From: Lingula anatina
Taxonomy: Eukaryota; Animalia; Brachiopoda
Length of the DNA stretch: 64,000 bases
NCBI GenBank assembly: GCA_051362555.1
Contig: CM120646.1
Coordinates: 16,368,001-16,432,000, forward strand
Direction: 5' to 3'
Of this stretch, positions 26,989-39,669 are shown one piece after another. Under the pieces are notes generated by a model. It was not told where the DNA came from. It saw only the letters and a list, made by a program, of their open reading frames with translations, and did no database searches. Position numbers and translations under genes: made by a program. Each line of letters opens with the position of its first letter. The first letter of the stretch is position 1.

Positions 26989-28985
26989 CCAACATGCACA
27001 GGTAACAAGAAAAATTAGCTTCCATCAAAAGGCAGAGCCAAGCTTATGAACAATCATTCTTTTCTTTCGGAAATGGAGAACTAAAAAAAAATTCAACATA
27101 AAATATTGGATGATGGGCTGTTTGTGGGTCACCACTCTCCTTAATTTTTGTTTACATAATTTAATTAATGAGGTGTAGTCTCATAAATTTGAGATAAATT
27201 TGCAGTCTGAAAGGCAATAATAGCATTCCCTTTTGGTAGATAAATTGAATAGGATTCCGGGGGTTGCATAACCATGTCATTGATATTTTTTACGTCGAAA
27301 ACTTAAATACTCAATTTGATATTTTTGCCCCTCTATATCAGTGAGATATATCCGGGCATTTCTACTCAAGGAAAGTGATATGCCTTATATCTTTAATATT
27401 TTCTACCGACACTTGAAATTTGAAACACGTTTGAGACGAACATTTGAGAGTCAAAGATTATCCTTACTGCCGAGGCGCCAAATAATAGGCTTTGATCCCA
27501 AAACGTGTACCTCGGGTTGATATAGAAGTACTTCAAACACTTGTGAAAAAAGCTACTGGATGGTTGTAAACTTTTACGAAAGCGATTCCTTTTATGAGAG
27601 TAATTAATACGTGCGTATCTGTTGTCAATTCCGTTTAAAGCCAAACGCATGCACTAAAATTTCGACTCTGGAACGACAACGCCCCTTGCGACCCCCACTG
27701 CGTTTTAAACAATCAGGACTGTGCGTTACCGTCTGTATATTTAAAACAGTATTTGACAAATTGCTTGCAGATGTCCCATCTGGCGTCAGTAACAGTAATG
27801 ACAGTGGACTGCGTACCGAACAGGAAGTTAAAAGGACAACAACAACCTGTGGCCCGGATCAGATATCTGTTAGTTATGTTTTATTTGAAATTACAAACAC
27901 AGCTAAGTCTCATGCTTTCGTTTAGGATAAATACAGATAAGAACTACCTGTCATATTCTTAGTCACTCTACAGCGAATGAAAAAATTGCTCAAGGGAATG
28001 ATATTTGGAATTTCAATGATGCTGACGCAAGTATGAGACATATAAGAAGAAAAAGCGCCAAGAAAATTTATGTTACTTCTGTCAAGGTCAGGAAAATCAA
28101 ACTTTTCAGATGCGAGTTTTTCTTTATCCTCAACAAGCCCCATGAGACTGAAATAGCAGTTTGTGCATTTTCAAGATTATTTTATTGAAAAAATATAGAA
28201 TGTTAATGCTTTAATTTCAATTATGTCATAAAGTTATTACTGTTCAAAATGAATTTTTTCAACCAGCTTTTCCTTTTAATATACCGAGTAATAGTTACTT
28301 GTAGTAAGGTGTACCAATGGTTTTGCGAATGATGTAGCAGTGAAATTGAGAAATATTGATTTGAAAATCTAATATCGTTTTATGCAAGAAATATTTAATA
28401 GCAAAAGGTTTTTTACCTTAATACATTTAACTAACACCAGTTCCGTTTTGTATGGATCAAGAATCTGGTCTACGAATTAAATTGAAAGTGTTTGAAAAAT
28501 AAGATATCTTTGTTGTCGGTTCGCAAACGGCCATGGTGTAGGTTCGAATGTAAAAATATTATTTGCTTGCTGCTTTTATGTCCTACGTACCTCTTAACAG
28601 GTGAGCATAGAAAAAAAATGGACCAAAAAAAAAAGAAAGAAAGAAAAAGAAAGAAAAAACAGTGTAATTCAATATCAAAACTGAGTCATTTCCACTTTTA
28701 TATTTTTCCAGCCTTATTATTAATACTTTTTTTTACTTAAACCACCGAATTGTAGCTTCAACTGCCTTTGACAAAGATTAAAAAAAATTCTCGTAATGTA
28801 TCTATAGGAGTAGCGGTTTTATCTAAAACTAGCTGACAAAATTAATTGTATTTTAAAACAATTAATACCTGTTAAAACAGTTGTAGAAAATTATTTGTTT
28901 TAAATTTTCTGAGATAAACTATATCTAAATATTACTTTTACTTTTTTCATACAAATAAGTTACCCACAGAATACCTCCTTTTCAG

Positions 28986-29879
28986 GATTCTAGGACAATT
29001 CCCCCCCGGACAATTCCCCCCCGGACTATTCCCCCCGGACAATTCCCCCCCGGACAATTCCCCCCCCAGGACAATTTCCCCCCGGACGATTCCCCCCCAA
29101 GAAATATATATTTATATACAAATATAAAGTAGAAAGTGTAAAGTTAAAAAAATTTCTTCCTTTTTATTGATATTTTTAGTGTGAAAATACAGCTTCATCA
29201 TGAAACAAATTATTTTCTAACAAATTCCTTTTTCATTGAGTACAAGTACAGAAAGATTTATTAAATATCTAATCAAAGTATAACCACCTATCCTTCAGGT
29301 AAAGGTGGGGTAAACAGATGAACAGGTAAACAGATATTTTATGAATATTTTTAGTTGGTGGGTGGTGGATAATGGTCAAGCAATTAAAAGTGACAAATAG
29401 TCAAAGGGATACCTGGATAAGCGAGAAAATATGTTTACCCCACCTCTATCTAGAGGTGCACCTTGATTCAAGACTTACTTAATCAAGGGGGGGAGGGTAA
29501 TTAAGCAATTAAAAGTTACAGTTAATTCATCAAAGGGTTACCTGGATGAGTGAGAACATCTGTGTACCCCTCCTTTACCTGGAGATATACTTTGATCAGA
29601 TTTTTAATAAAATGTTCTGGTCTTCTCCATTAAAGTAATTTGTTTAATGAAATTAATATTATTTATCCTCCAGTTGCATCATCACACTAAGAAATATTCA
29701 GAAAATGGATAAAAAGATTTGAACTTTGTACTCTTTACTTGATATTTGAATATAAATATTTATTATGCGGGGGGGAATCGTCCGGGGGGGAATTGTCCTG
29801 GGGGGGAATTGTCCGGGGGGGAATTGTCTGGGGGGAATAGTCCGGGGGGAATTGTCCGGGGGGGAATTGTCCTGATACC
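28986..29879. mobile_element. Foldback / MULE(MuDR)-like non-autonomous DNA transposon
   Basis: Identical 9-bp TSD CCTTTTCAG at 28977-28985 and 29880-29888 (8 bp if the ends are GG..CC). Both ends carry about 7 tandem GGACAATTCCCCCC(C) units in inverted orientation, and the inverted similarity continues inward. No ORF. Confidence 0.88.
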
Positions 29880-30529
29880 CCTTTTCAGCTGTCAGTCGTT
29901 AATATGAGTGAAATGAAATGCTCGACCTCCATTGCAGTGAAAAATTCACCACGAAATTTCTTTTTTTCTGGTTTATTTAAAAAGGTGCTTTCTATGTGAA
30001 GGAGAAAAGAATCGTTTATTGTACACTTTTAGATTCATTTTTCCACTTGCACGCTGGTTTCTACATAAACCACCAATTATGTTAATGAAGAACAAAGGTC
30101 AGTTTTAACTATATTTTGCTCTAGATTAGAAGCGATCTGTGTTTGTTCCGCTTGCCGGTTTCTCCGCCATTTGTACTCGTAATTAAAATTTACGTTTTAT
30201 TAATCTTAATAAAAGTGTACTTCAAATGCACATTAAATGGATTTCTTACCCTAAATAGTATTTCAAAATGTAAAAATGCAAAGTTTGTTTGAAAAGATGC
30301 TTGCGATCTTAAATGTGATTGTCCCAAAATGGTATTAATTGACAAACTCTGCACGAGGGTGTGGTACTTACTTGTAAGTGCGCATGCCACCACTAGTGGG
30401 CGCTCGACTCACTCTTGTTAAAAGGCCTTATTATTTGACCAAAAATGTGAAACCATTGGGTAAAGTAAAGAATAATCTAGCTGTAATGATAATAAGATCA
30501 CAATATTGAACATGCCTTCAAGTCTGTGA

Positions 30530-30562
30530 CGGAAAACCCGAGTACCCAGGCAGAAACCGCAC
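30530..30562 (-). mobile_element. SINE core fragment
   Basis: GGAAAACCCGAGTACCCAGGCAGAAACCGCAC resembles the GGAAACCGGAGTACCCGGAGAAAACCCAC core common in invertebrate tRNA-derived SINEs. Confidence 0.4.
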
Positions 30563-33100
30563 AAAGAAAACGTTCATTTGTATAATATGGGGTTCATTTG
30601 TATATAAAAAAAACTCACTGTGGCACTCATAACGGGTCTGCCTGAAAAGAATTTCAAACACTTGATCATTTAAAATATAGATTTAGTTACAGACAAGTTC
30701 CAATGAGTAAGCTGAGTAATCGCTTAACCAGAAATCTAACGCATATATTAAGAAGAAGAAGAAAAGTTGCAATGTTTCTGTCACTTTCACCGTGTTAACT
30801 AAATCAGATAATATCAGAATGTGATCATTTCTTTTCCTGATTCAAATATATTTAAAAGTCTAAAATGTATCAGTTTTATCATATTGTATATGCATTTATT
30901 CTAATACTAATTTGTCAATACTAATTTGATAGATTGATACCTTACTCTAAATAGGCTTTAACGTCGGGTGATTTCAAAGTACATTTCTGTCCCGTCACGC
31001 AGGAATTTGAAAACGAACAAGATGCATGAATAAAACGAATTTTGAAATAATTTTGACGTAAGCTGTTACAACATACCGCCTTATTCCTTTGTTTCTGCAT
31101 AAAGTCCGTTCCAGCAGCCTGTTAAACACATCTATGTATAATTTTTATCACTCGTATGTAACAGTCCATCTTAATGAAAAGCACATTTGTTCAAAACTCT
31201 TGTAATGACGGATATTTTATACATTCAGATAAATCTACGAATAATGTGACATTGGAATTAGTCAAAATCTACATAGATCCTTGTTTCCAGAACAGAATAT
31301 TATTAGAATGGTACCAACATGTTAGAATTGGCACTTCATTTTAGTCATAAGGAATAGGATCTATCAAATATTATCCCTTTATCGGAGAAACTTCCAAACT
31401 AATTCAAAATCAAATTGCATAACATAGTATGATTTAAATGATTTTTGCTTGATTTTTTTATCAATATATTGAGTAATTGATTATTTTACATATTTATACT
31501 GTTGTTTTTATTATATCCATAAAACATGTTGTTAGCTTCATGATAAAAAAATTAGGAAACCCTGTAAATATCAAAATAAAGTAGTCTATAAAAAGTCAAT
31601 ACCTAACCATTAGAATTTGCATGTATTTGAACCGAAACATTTGAGACACAACGAATAATACTTATGTTGAAAATATTGAAAAACTGCCATTTCAGATATC
31701 ATCCTCAAAACCTGACTGACACCCAAACCACTCCTGTCTATCTTGGAATAAAAAAAAAAGAATGAAAAAATGTACTATTAGCATTTGCACGCCAATTATC
31801 CCATGTCTCATTATTAAAATAAATATTTATGAGAAATGACCATTTTCTTTTTAAAAGAAAAGATTTCATTTAGATTAAATTTCGAACCTTAATGTGACAC
31901 TCTATATGATACCTTGGCTAATATAACATTAATTACATTCAGTTGTAGCAAGGGTACGTTCTTAATTCAAAATCCTTTTTTTTTTCCATCGATCTTTTTA
32001 ATCAAAATTCACTAAGTTGATGATTGATTCGCATTAAATTATCATTATTTGCTATATCTAAATATCTCCAGTAGTTACCAAAAATAACCGTCAACATTTT
32101 CTGTCACGTTGAACGATTTATAGAGATGGAACAATGAAAATTGAAGGTCTGTTTGAAATTTAAAAAAAAATTAAGTAAGTCTTTTTCATTGGTTTAGGTG
32201 AACGCGATATTTAGCTTCGGCGATGGACATTGAGAGAAAAGCGTAGAAAAATTAGTATATGGAGTTTTTCGACCCCCGGTGCCTAAATAAAGACAAATTA
32301 TAAAAAGAAGTCGACAAAAAACGAATAAATATATTCCCCTTAGGCAGTACATACATATACAACCTTAACACTGATGGCCCGCCTTATTGGCAAAATACTT
32401 TAGGTCACACCAAAATTCAAGTTTGAATGCTATATTTCTGATGAAAAAGATAAGTAATAAAATGTTTGATACACTTAGTTAAATGGTCCGTTTTCCTCAG
32501 TAGGTCGAATGCTTTTTTTTAGATTAAATGTCACGTTCAGTTAACCCCGCTTCAAGCCTGGCTCTGTGATAAAACTTACGGTTCAAAGAAGTCGGTCATA
32601 CTATGCCTGATCAAAGCCAGGAAATCAGGGTTTAGATCAAACATTGAGTAATTTACTTTGGACTGCGTCGAATAAAAAAGTCAAGGCATTTATAATTTAA
32701 GCGTGTTTACTCATATTGAATTAGACAACGTTAATTAACCCAATTGACTTATACCACACGCAAGACCAATAGTGTAAAGAGTAATATGACTAGCGGGCTT
32801 TTTGTTCAGAACAAAAAATCACTCCGACACTTGCTGGTCCCGATACAAATTATGACAACCCTGTACCGTCACCGATTTAACAGATGATGTTTAAATTTTT
32901 TAAAGCGTATTTCTTTAGTTTTTCTTAACTTATCTGTTTTTTTTCATTCATTTTCTATCTATCTATTAAGTAAGGCACTCAACCAGTGATTTCTATATCA
33001 ATAAATAAAAGGAGAATTTGTTTAGATGGACACTGTGAGTGTTAACAGATCTAGGCACATGTTGGTCCACACCTCAGCTGGTTTCAGTTGTTTTTTTTTT

Positions 33101-33413
33101 TTATAGTGCAGCAACCCTTAGGTATCTACAGTTTACATAAAACCAAGCGCCCTTTTCAAACGTTCTTGCAAGGCAGGACCATGTGTTGCGGTTGACCAAG
33201 GATATCATGTTATTACCCCAATAAAAACTGAATTCAAAAGTTAATTGATTGTAGTAGCATTCCATTATTGCAGTGAAATCCGAATAACCAGCGGGTTGTT
33301 GATAACCATTTGTCAATCCACACCAACTTTCCAAAAATATTTTTGGCTATTAATGTTTTATAGACATCTGTTGTAGTGAGTCCTTTCCTTTGAAAGGATT
33401 GCAGTCCGATTCT
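33101..33413 (-). pseudogene. Degenerate fibrinogen C-terminal (FReD) domain exon
   Basis: Strong acceptor (TTCTCCTTCTTTCATCTCAG), then frameshifted pieces SDCNPFKGK / GLTTTDVYK / SWCGLTNG ... CLARTFEKGAWFYVNC resembling FReD DC...G..SGVY, VWCDM..G and CA....GAWWY..C motifs; much of the domain is missing. Confidence 0.45.
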
Positions 33414-34237
33414 CTGAGATGAAAGAAGGAGAAATTGAAAGCTAATATGGAATTACTTATTTATTTAATCATTTATTAATATATATATGGTGTATAGTAT
33501 CAAAATAACAAACAGTATGTCTTAAGTATTGAGAACATCTGACAAACTTGTATATAAAAGCATTTTGAGAGGTAGGTAACACTTAACCAAGTAAAGAATG
33601 AGGGCTCATTTGCTTAGAAGGAGCTATTAGCTTGAAACTTCAGTGTAATGTGATATATAATGGATTTAAAACTCACTTTATTTAAGCGAAATTTATATAT
33701 ATTTCCCTTTTTTCCGTTGTTTGACTCAGAAGCTGAAAATCACTTTGTTTTCATGGTTGCACATCATGAAATATACTGAGTAAGATTACCTTAATCGTAT
33801 GTCAAATGTGTCACAAACATAGTATTTGCCAGTAAAACGTATTTAAAGTACACAACACTTATCGACTGAGTCTGGTATAAGTTGAACTATATTCAATTTT
33901 ACTGATGAAGTGTTTAAAAAAACACCATTGTATGGATTCAAACGAGAGCAAAAGAACGGCTGAAGGGGACAACAAAAAGCCCCTATCTAAGCGCTTCATA
34001 TATACCAAAAGAGTAAAAAAATGCTTAAGCGATTAATAATGTTCTTTTGCAATATATAAAATTATGAAAACGGTAATAGCTAAGCTGTCGTGACAAACGT
34101 TTGCATATTGCGAAATGGTTTGCAAGATTCTGATGTTGAGTCCTTAAGAAAGTAAACTGATGTACTGATTAAAACTTTGATAGTACCTAAAAGCAGAGAA
34201 ATATTATATAAAATAGCTATATATAGCTATGAAATAT

Positions 34238-34269
<32 letters not shown>

Positions 34270-34290
34270 AAGATAGGTGGGTAGATAGAT
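34238..34290. repeat. (GATA)n microsatellite
   Basis: Directly visible, interrupted. Confidence 0.9.
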
Positions 34291-36231
34291 AGGCGTCTGA
34301 GGGTTGGGTGTTGGTGATGGCAGCCTGAAGGAACCTGTGTTGGAATAATAATCTTTTAGAAAAAACTTTAAATAGGACAGGGGATTCATTTTACTGAAAA
34401 AATATGTCTGTTTGTGTGTTCATAATATTACTATAAGTTGTGGGAAGCTCATGGCAAGACTGCCAATGCCTTTGACTTATGATACATCTTATTGCTGAAT
34501 GCATATCCTCATCAAAGACACCATTACGTCCGATCTTGTCGTGATTTTTGTTTGAAAAGTGGTCAGTAAACTGTGGAACACACGCGCATGTCATCGACTT
34601 ACATAAGGTTATTTTTATTTAAACTAGGGCCCGTTTCTATACTCAGCGCGTGCATTTGTGAAGGATATCACGCTATGAGAGTTTAGGCCCTTCGCGTGTT
34701 CGAACAAACCGCTCAAACTACTGAACAATATGTATTCAAGACTCTCGCTTCTTTAATGTTTTGTATTCCGATCGATTGTAAGAGCATTGCTTATATTGCA
34801 AAATTAAGATTCATACTAAGACTTTTAACAAGAACTGTAAAACGTCTAACAGTTTAGAATTGACGTAAATCAACAATGTTAATGTCTTTATCAGCAGACT
34901 ATCAAATTGTTGTTTTATGAAGATGAATTCGAACGTTGTAAATTCATTCGTCTCTTTAGAACTGAGAGAAAGAGACAGCTTGTGGAATTAAAAAAAGGGA
35001 GAGACAGAAAAAATGTCTGTGTGAGCTTTACTGTGCGTGCAATGTGCAATCGTGCATCTGTGTATGTGAGTATATTGCTGCACGTATATACACCAGGAAT
35101 GTTTTCAAAAAAGAAAAAAGCAGGCATTTCGCCGGTGTTGGATCAATACGCGTTTCCTGGTTAGCAGAGACCTGTGTAGATCTAGCCAGACAGGCTGAGC
35201 GGAGGGCACGTACGACCCAGACATAGCCAGCTAATACAATGTATCTGTGCCAATGCGTTGCCATGGGGATCAGACCAAATGCTGATAAACGCAGCGTCTT
35301 AGATTTCTAAATAAAAGTCGCATTTAGTGCTGTTTTTTATTCATTTTTTAATCAATGAAATATTTCTGTATTGTAAAAAAGATATCACTTTTCATTCGAT
35401 ATCAATTACATTTTTTTGTACATTTTTGTATAATATGTAACAGAGAATATACATATATACCTCATAGTCATATTTATATAAAGATACATATACGAGTGCA
35501 TATCTATAATATATATCTATACATGTGGGGTGTTAAAGCTGTGTATCTTAAAAAAAACCTGGTATAAAGGAATCGGTAACCAGGGGAGCAAGCTGATAAC
35601 GGTGCTCTTCAAATAAGTGATGGAATCTCCAGAGAGTCTGGGAGGGCTTCGTGTTTACAGAGATCTCTCCTCTTTTGGGCAAGATTGATCAGGAAACGGC
35701 TTATCTCATAAAATTATAGCATCAGTGGGGTATTTGTTTTAATCTAGTGATGCGAATATTGTAATTCTAAGATATAACAGAGAATACGGTCTACAGAATT
35801 ACGAGAATTAAGTCCTAGAAGATTGATATAAAAATGTTTATAATTCATATAAATTGTTAGTGCATATAACAAATTTGGCAAAGGCGGTTTCTCGTGGTTC
35901 TTCGAATACATGTGACTAAAGCGTGTCCTAAACTGGCTAATATTGACGAGTCAGACGTGTAATTAAGGCCGTTTGGTCCCTCAATGGCAGAAAAAACAAC
36001 AACATGTCCATGTAGAAGCGATTCCCTTTGTTGCCATATATCAAACAGTTTTCTTCTATCTATAGTTTACCTTGAATCAAGGTTGAAGAAAATCAAGTCA
36101 AATGTTGCCAGGGAATAATTGAGAGAAAGTGCAATATCTATCACTTTGTTTCCTTATGTGGCATTTCTCCATTTTGAAATATTGGGCTTTTCTAGCAGAA
36201 GCATATTAAATGAAGAAAGGAATATTTTGTA

Positions 36232-36271
<40 letters not shown>

Positions 36272-36322
36272 TGATCTGACAACCCGTGGGTTGGATAGAT
36301 ACATAGAAATCATGAGAACACA

Positions 36323-36391
<69 letters not shown>
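36232..36391. repeat. (TAT)n (36232-36270) and (AT)n (36325-36391) microsatellites
   Basis: Directly visible. Confidence 0.9.
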
Positions 36392-36398
<7 letters not shown>

Positions 36399-39300
36399 CC
36401 CGCACATTTGCTTGTCAGCAATATATGCCTGGTTATTATGGTTCATCACAATAACGTCGTTCCTGATTCCATCTCATCTTACTGGGGAGAATACAACCCA
36501 AACCACTGCATATGTGGCGCTCGTCATTACCATTTACAATACCAGTGCTATATGACCAGAGCTAATGAAAATGTACTGATGGTAGAATATATTGGATGCC
36601 AAAGGAAACAAGCTTGTGCATGTGTGAAAGATGTAAAAGGGGCCTATCTTTTTATTTCTTATCCACAGTTGTTCATTTAAGACTTCTGCTTTAAGCGCTT
36701 TCACCTGAAGGGACCATGTAAAAGGTGTCCAGGCGCACGTGATGTTGACATTGACGACCGTGAATCTACACCCGCACCACATCAAAGAAAAAACTGTTTA
36801 ATTCTTTTATCCTATGACCTTGATGGTAATTTGTAAAATGTTTTTGTTTGATATTTTTGTTGTAATTTCTATCCTTTTGCTTTTTCGTTTTTTTTTCATT
36901 TATTACTCAAATTCAAAATTTGTCAATGATATTGTTATTTCAAAAACCTGCAATTCTTATTATGTCTGGCTCGAACACATTTTGACTCTGAGAATGGAAA
37001 CTGGGAAAAAAGAAGGGTAAAACGTCGCCCAGTATATTTGTATTTTCTTATCTTTCTTATTCTGAAGTAGGATGCTAAAATAAGATTCTGATTTTGATCA
37101 TATGACTAGAGCAAACATTCAAGAGAAGAATGTAAGAAGAACGTGAAGGCATGTAAATTGGCGGGGGAGGGGGTGCAATAAGTTTCATTTCCTTTAACAA
37201 GTACAATGGCAAGGTTTAGTTAGCTTTGTGATTGATAACAATTATTGAAATCACTGAAGCAACATTTAAAACACGTATGCATGATTAGTTAAAAAAAATC
37301 CTCTCTTTAAAAAGCGTACGGATGTCTATAGCAACGAGAGTAAAAATATTATGAAGGAACAACTGAACTTTTAAACATGACCTGATAAAATGTTGAACTA
37401 AAATCTTTTCAATGAATGAAGGTGAGGTTTGCACGGCAAAAAAAAATTCAAACGAAAAACGAGATCAAAATGCGTGCCATGAGGTGTTTCAGCAATAAGC
37501 CACCCGTATTATAGGATACATATTGAATACTTAATTTGTGATAAACATGATATAAAAACGTATATTTAAAAAAACTTTAATGTAAAACACAAACAGGAAA
37601 CGACCATGCTCATGTGACTTTATTCCAATTGATTATAATGAATTTTCTACCTTTTTTTATATGTGTGGAAACGTGAGAAGTGATTTTTAAGAGACCGTTA
37701 TTTGTCACTGTTCCACTACATGAGAAGTTTGTCAGCTAAGACTGTCAACAAAGCAACAACACAAAGAAGCTATGAATAGTTAAGGATACCAGCAACTTTT
37801 CAAAAAAGAAAAAAAAAACATATGCCTCTGTACCAATTCCAAATAGAATTGCGTTTCAAAGCTAATAGAAAATTTGTTTGAGTGTTAAAAATCGACATTC
37901 ACAGAGCCCATTCATCTATAGATCTATACATGCTAAAAAAAACTTGCGGGTTATTATCATGCATCCAAAAGCATGTATATATTGATATATATTTACTTTA
38001 TTATTCTAATTTATGATATATTTCATCCGGATGCATTTTCAAAATAGTAATATTATAATGTGGTTTAATAACGGTCAGACAAACAAAAGATCGATGAAGC
38101 TTTCAAAGACATTGGTATGAATAAAGGGATAACATACACATAACTTTTTGAGTAAAATGGAAATACCAAAAAGTACAGAACCTTTTGTCAGATGTTTAGC
38201 TTTGCCACACCCTTTATAGCATTGTATGGTACCAGGTGGGCTATCGTAAGGCTGATAACACTAGCAATGCCGTAGAGAGCATAGTATAGAAAAATGTTGA
38301 TGTTCTCTTAAACTGGTAAGGTACTTGTATACGATATATTAAATGAATGGTTTGGTAGTGCACAAGAATAATGTATGGGGAAAACTGGCGAATGGACGTA
38401 GCAGAAAAATATAGTAATTTTTTAATTGGCCAGTTCAGACCACTTCTGATATTAATTGCTATGGGTGCAATTTCGAATAATACACAGAATAATTGCTACA
38501 AATATATTTTGTATGTAATAGATTGAAATAGCACCCATTGGTGTACCAATTGTTACACTCAAGAAGATATCGCATTTTCGGTTATATATTTCTTGGACAG
38601 TTTTGGACATTGAAAATGGTAGAGGAAAACGCTTGGTTGAAGATGAAACCAAGTATAAAAGACGCCTTTGTAACATCTACATGAGAAATGTTACAGTGAA
38701 ATTCTGTACATAATTATCCTAATAAAAAAATATATTTATTGCTGAAAACATTTAATATAATTAAACTGTTTAATACTACCACAAAGTAGAAAGAATGATG
38801 TTAAGGGAAGATACGGCAATATTCATGAGTTGGAGACAGTTTTTAGAAAACATATTGATAGTGAATTAAAAGGCTGCACCATGTTATATAGAGAAATATA
38901 CGGGTCGCGGGTATGAATATAAGAGTGGGGTGAAAGTAAGTAAAAGCTGAATGAAAATGGATGTAGAAAGTTGATGTATATAGTATGAATGTTTATTTTT
39001 TAGGAGATATTGGTTTGAATATGACATAAAATATTTTGAATCCTTCATTATTTGCTTATTTGGCAAGAAACGATTTCATTATTTTGCTTGTCCTCGCCCT
39101 TTTGAATGTGAATCTATTTATAGTAGCCCTGTTTGTAATAACTTGATTGACCTAACAATGTTTTCAACTTTAACTTAAATACTCCGGTATATCAGCAGAA
39201 TTCATCATTTATCAATTAAATTGAAAACTTTCATACGTTTAAGTTGATGGTTTCAACGGCACTTTGAAGTAAATATTAATCGTTACACTGATGAAGAGAG

Positions 39301-39545
39301 TGGATACATTCATCTAAGTAAAGTTGTAGATAACGAAATCATTGATTAACTGTATTTCCAGCTCCATAGCGACAGGTTCAGGTGTGCAGACAAAATATCC
39401 TTACATGATGAGTACACAACCAAGTGAATCCAAGTGAATCTTTTTGGGAGGCAAATGAGTAATTATACTACTTATAAAGGAATTTGAACTGTAGGGACCC
39501 TACTTATGTCCAAGGGATGAGACATCCACTGTCATGTAGCCAGAA

Positions 39546-39669
39546 AGTTCCTTGTGAAACAAGGTCCAGTACCCATTGATTTGTACAGGTAAGATTTTTA
39601 CCCGCTTACGTCAGGTTAACTTTTACCTGTATGAACCTAATGGAGGACGGACCACTTGTTGCAGGGACC
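39546..39669. repeat. Imperfect inverted repeat (about 50-bp arms), probable small MITE
   Basis: AGTTCCTTGTGAAACAAGGTCCAGTACCCATTGATTTGTACAGGTAAGA versus reverse complement of the right arm GGTCCCTGCAACAAGTGGTCCGTCCTCCATTAGGTTCATACAGGTAAAA. Confidence 0.65.
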
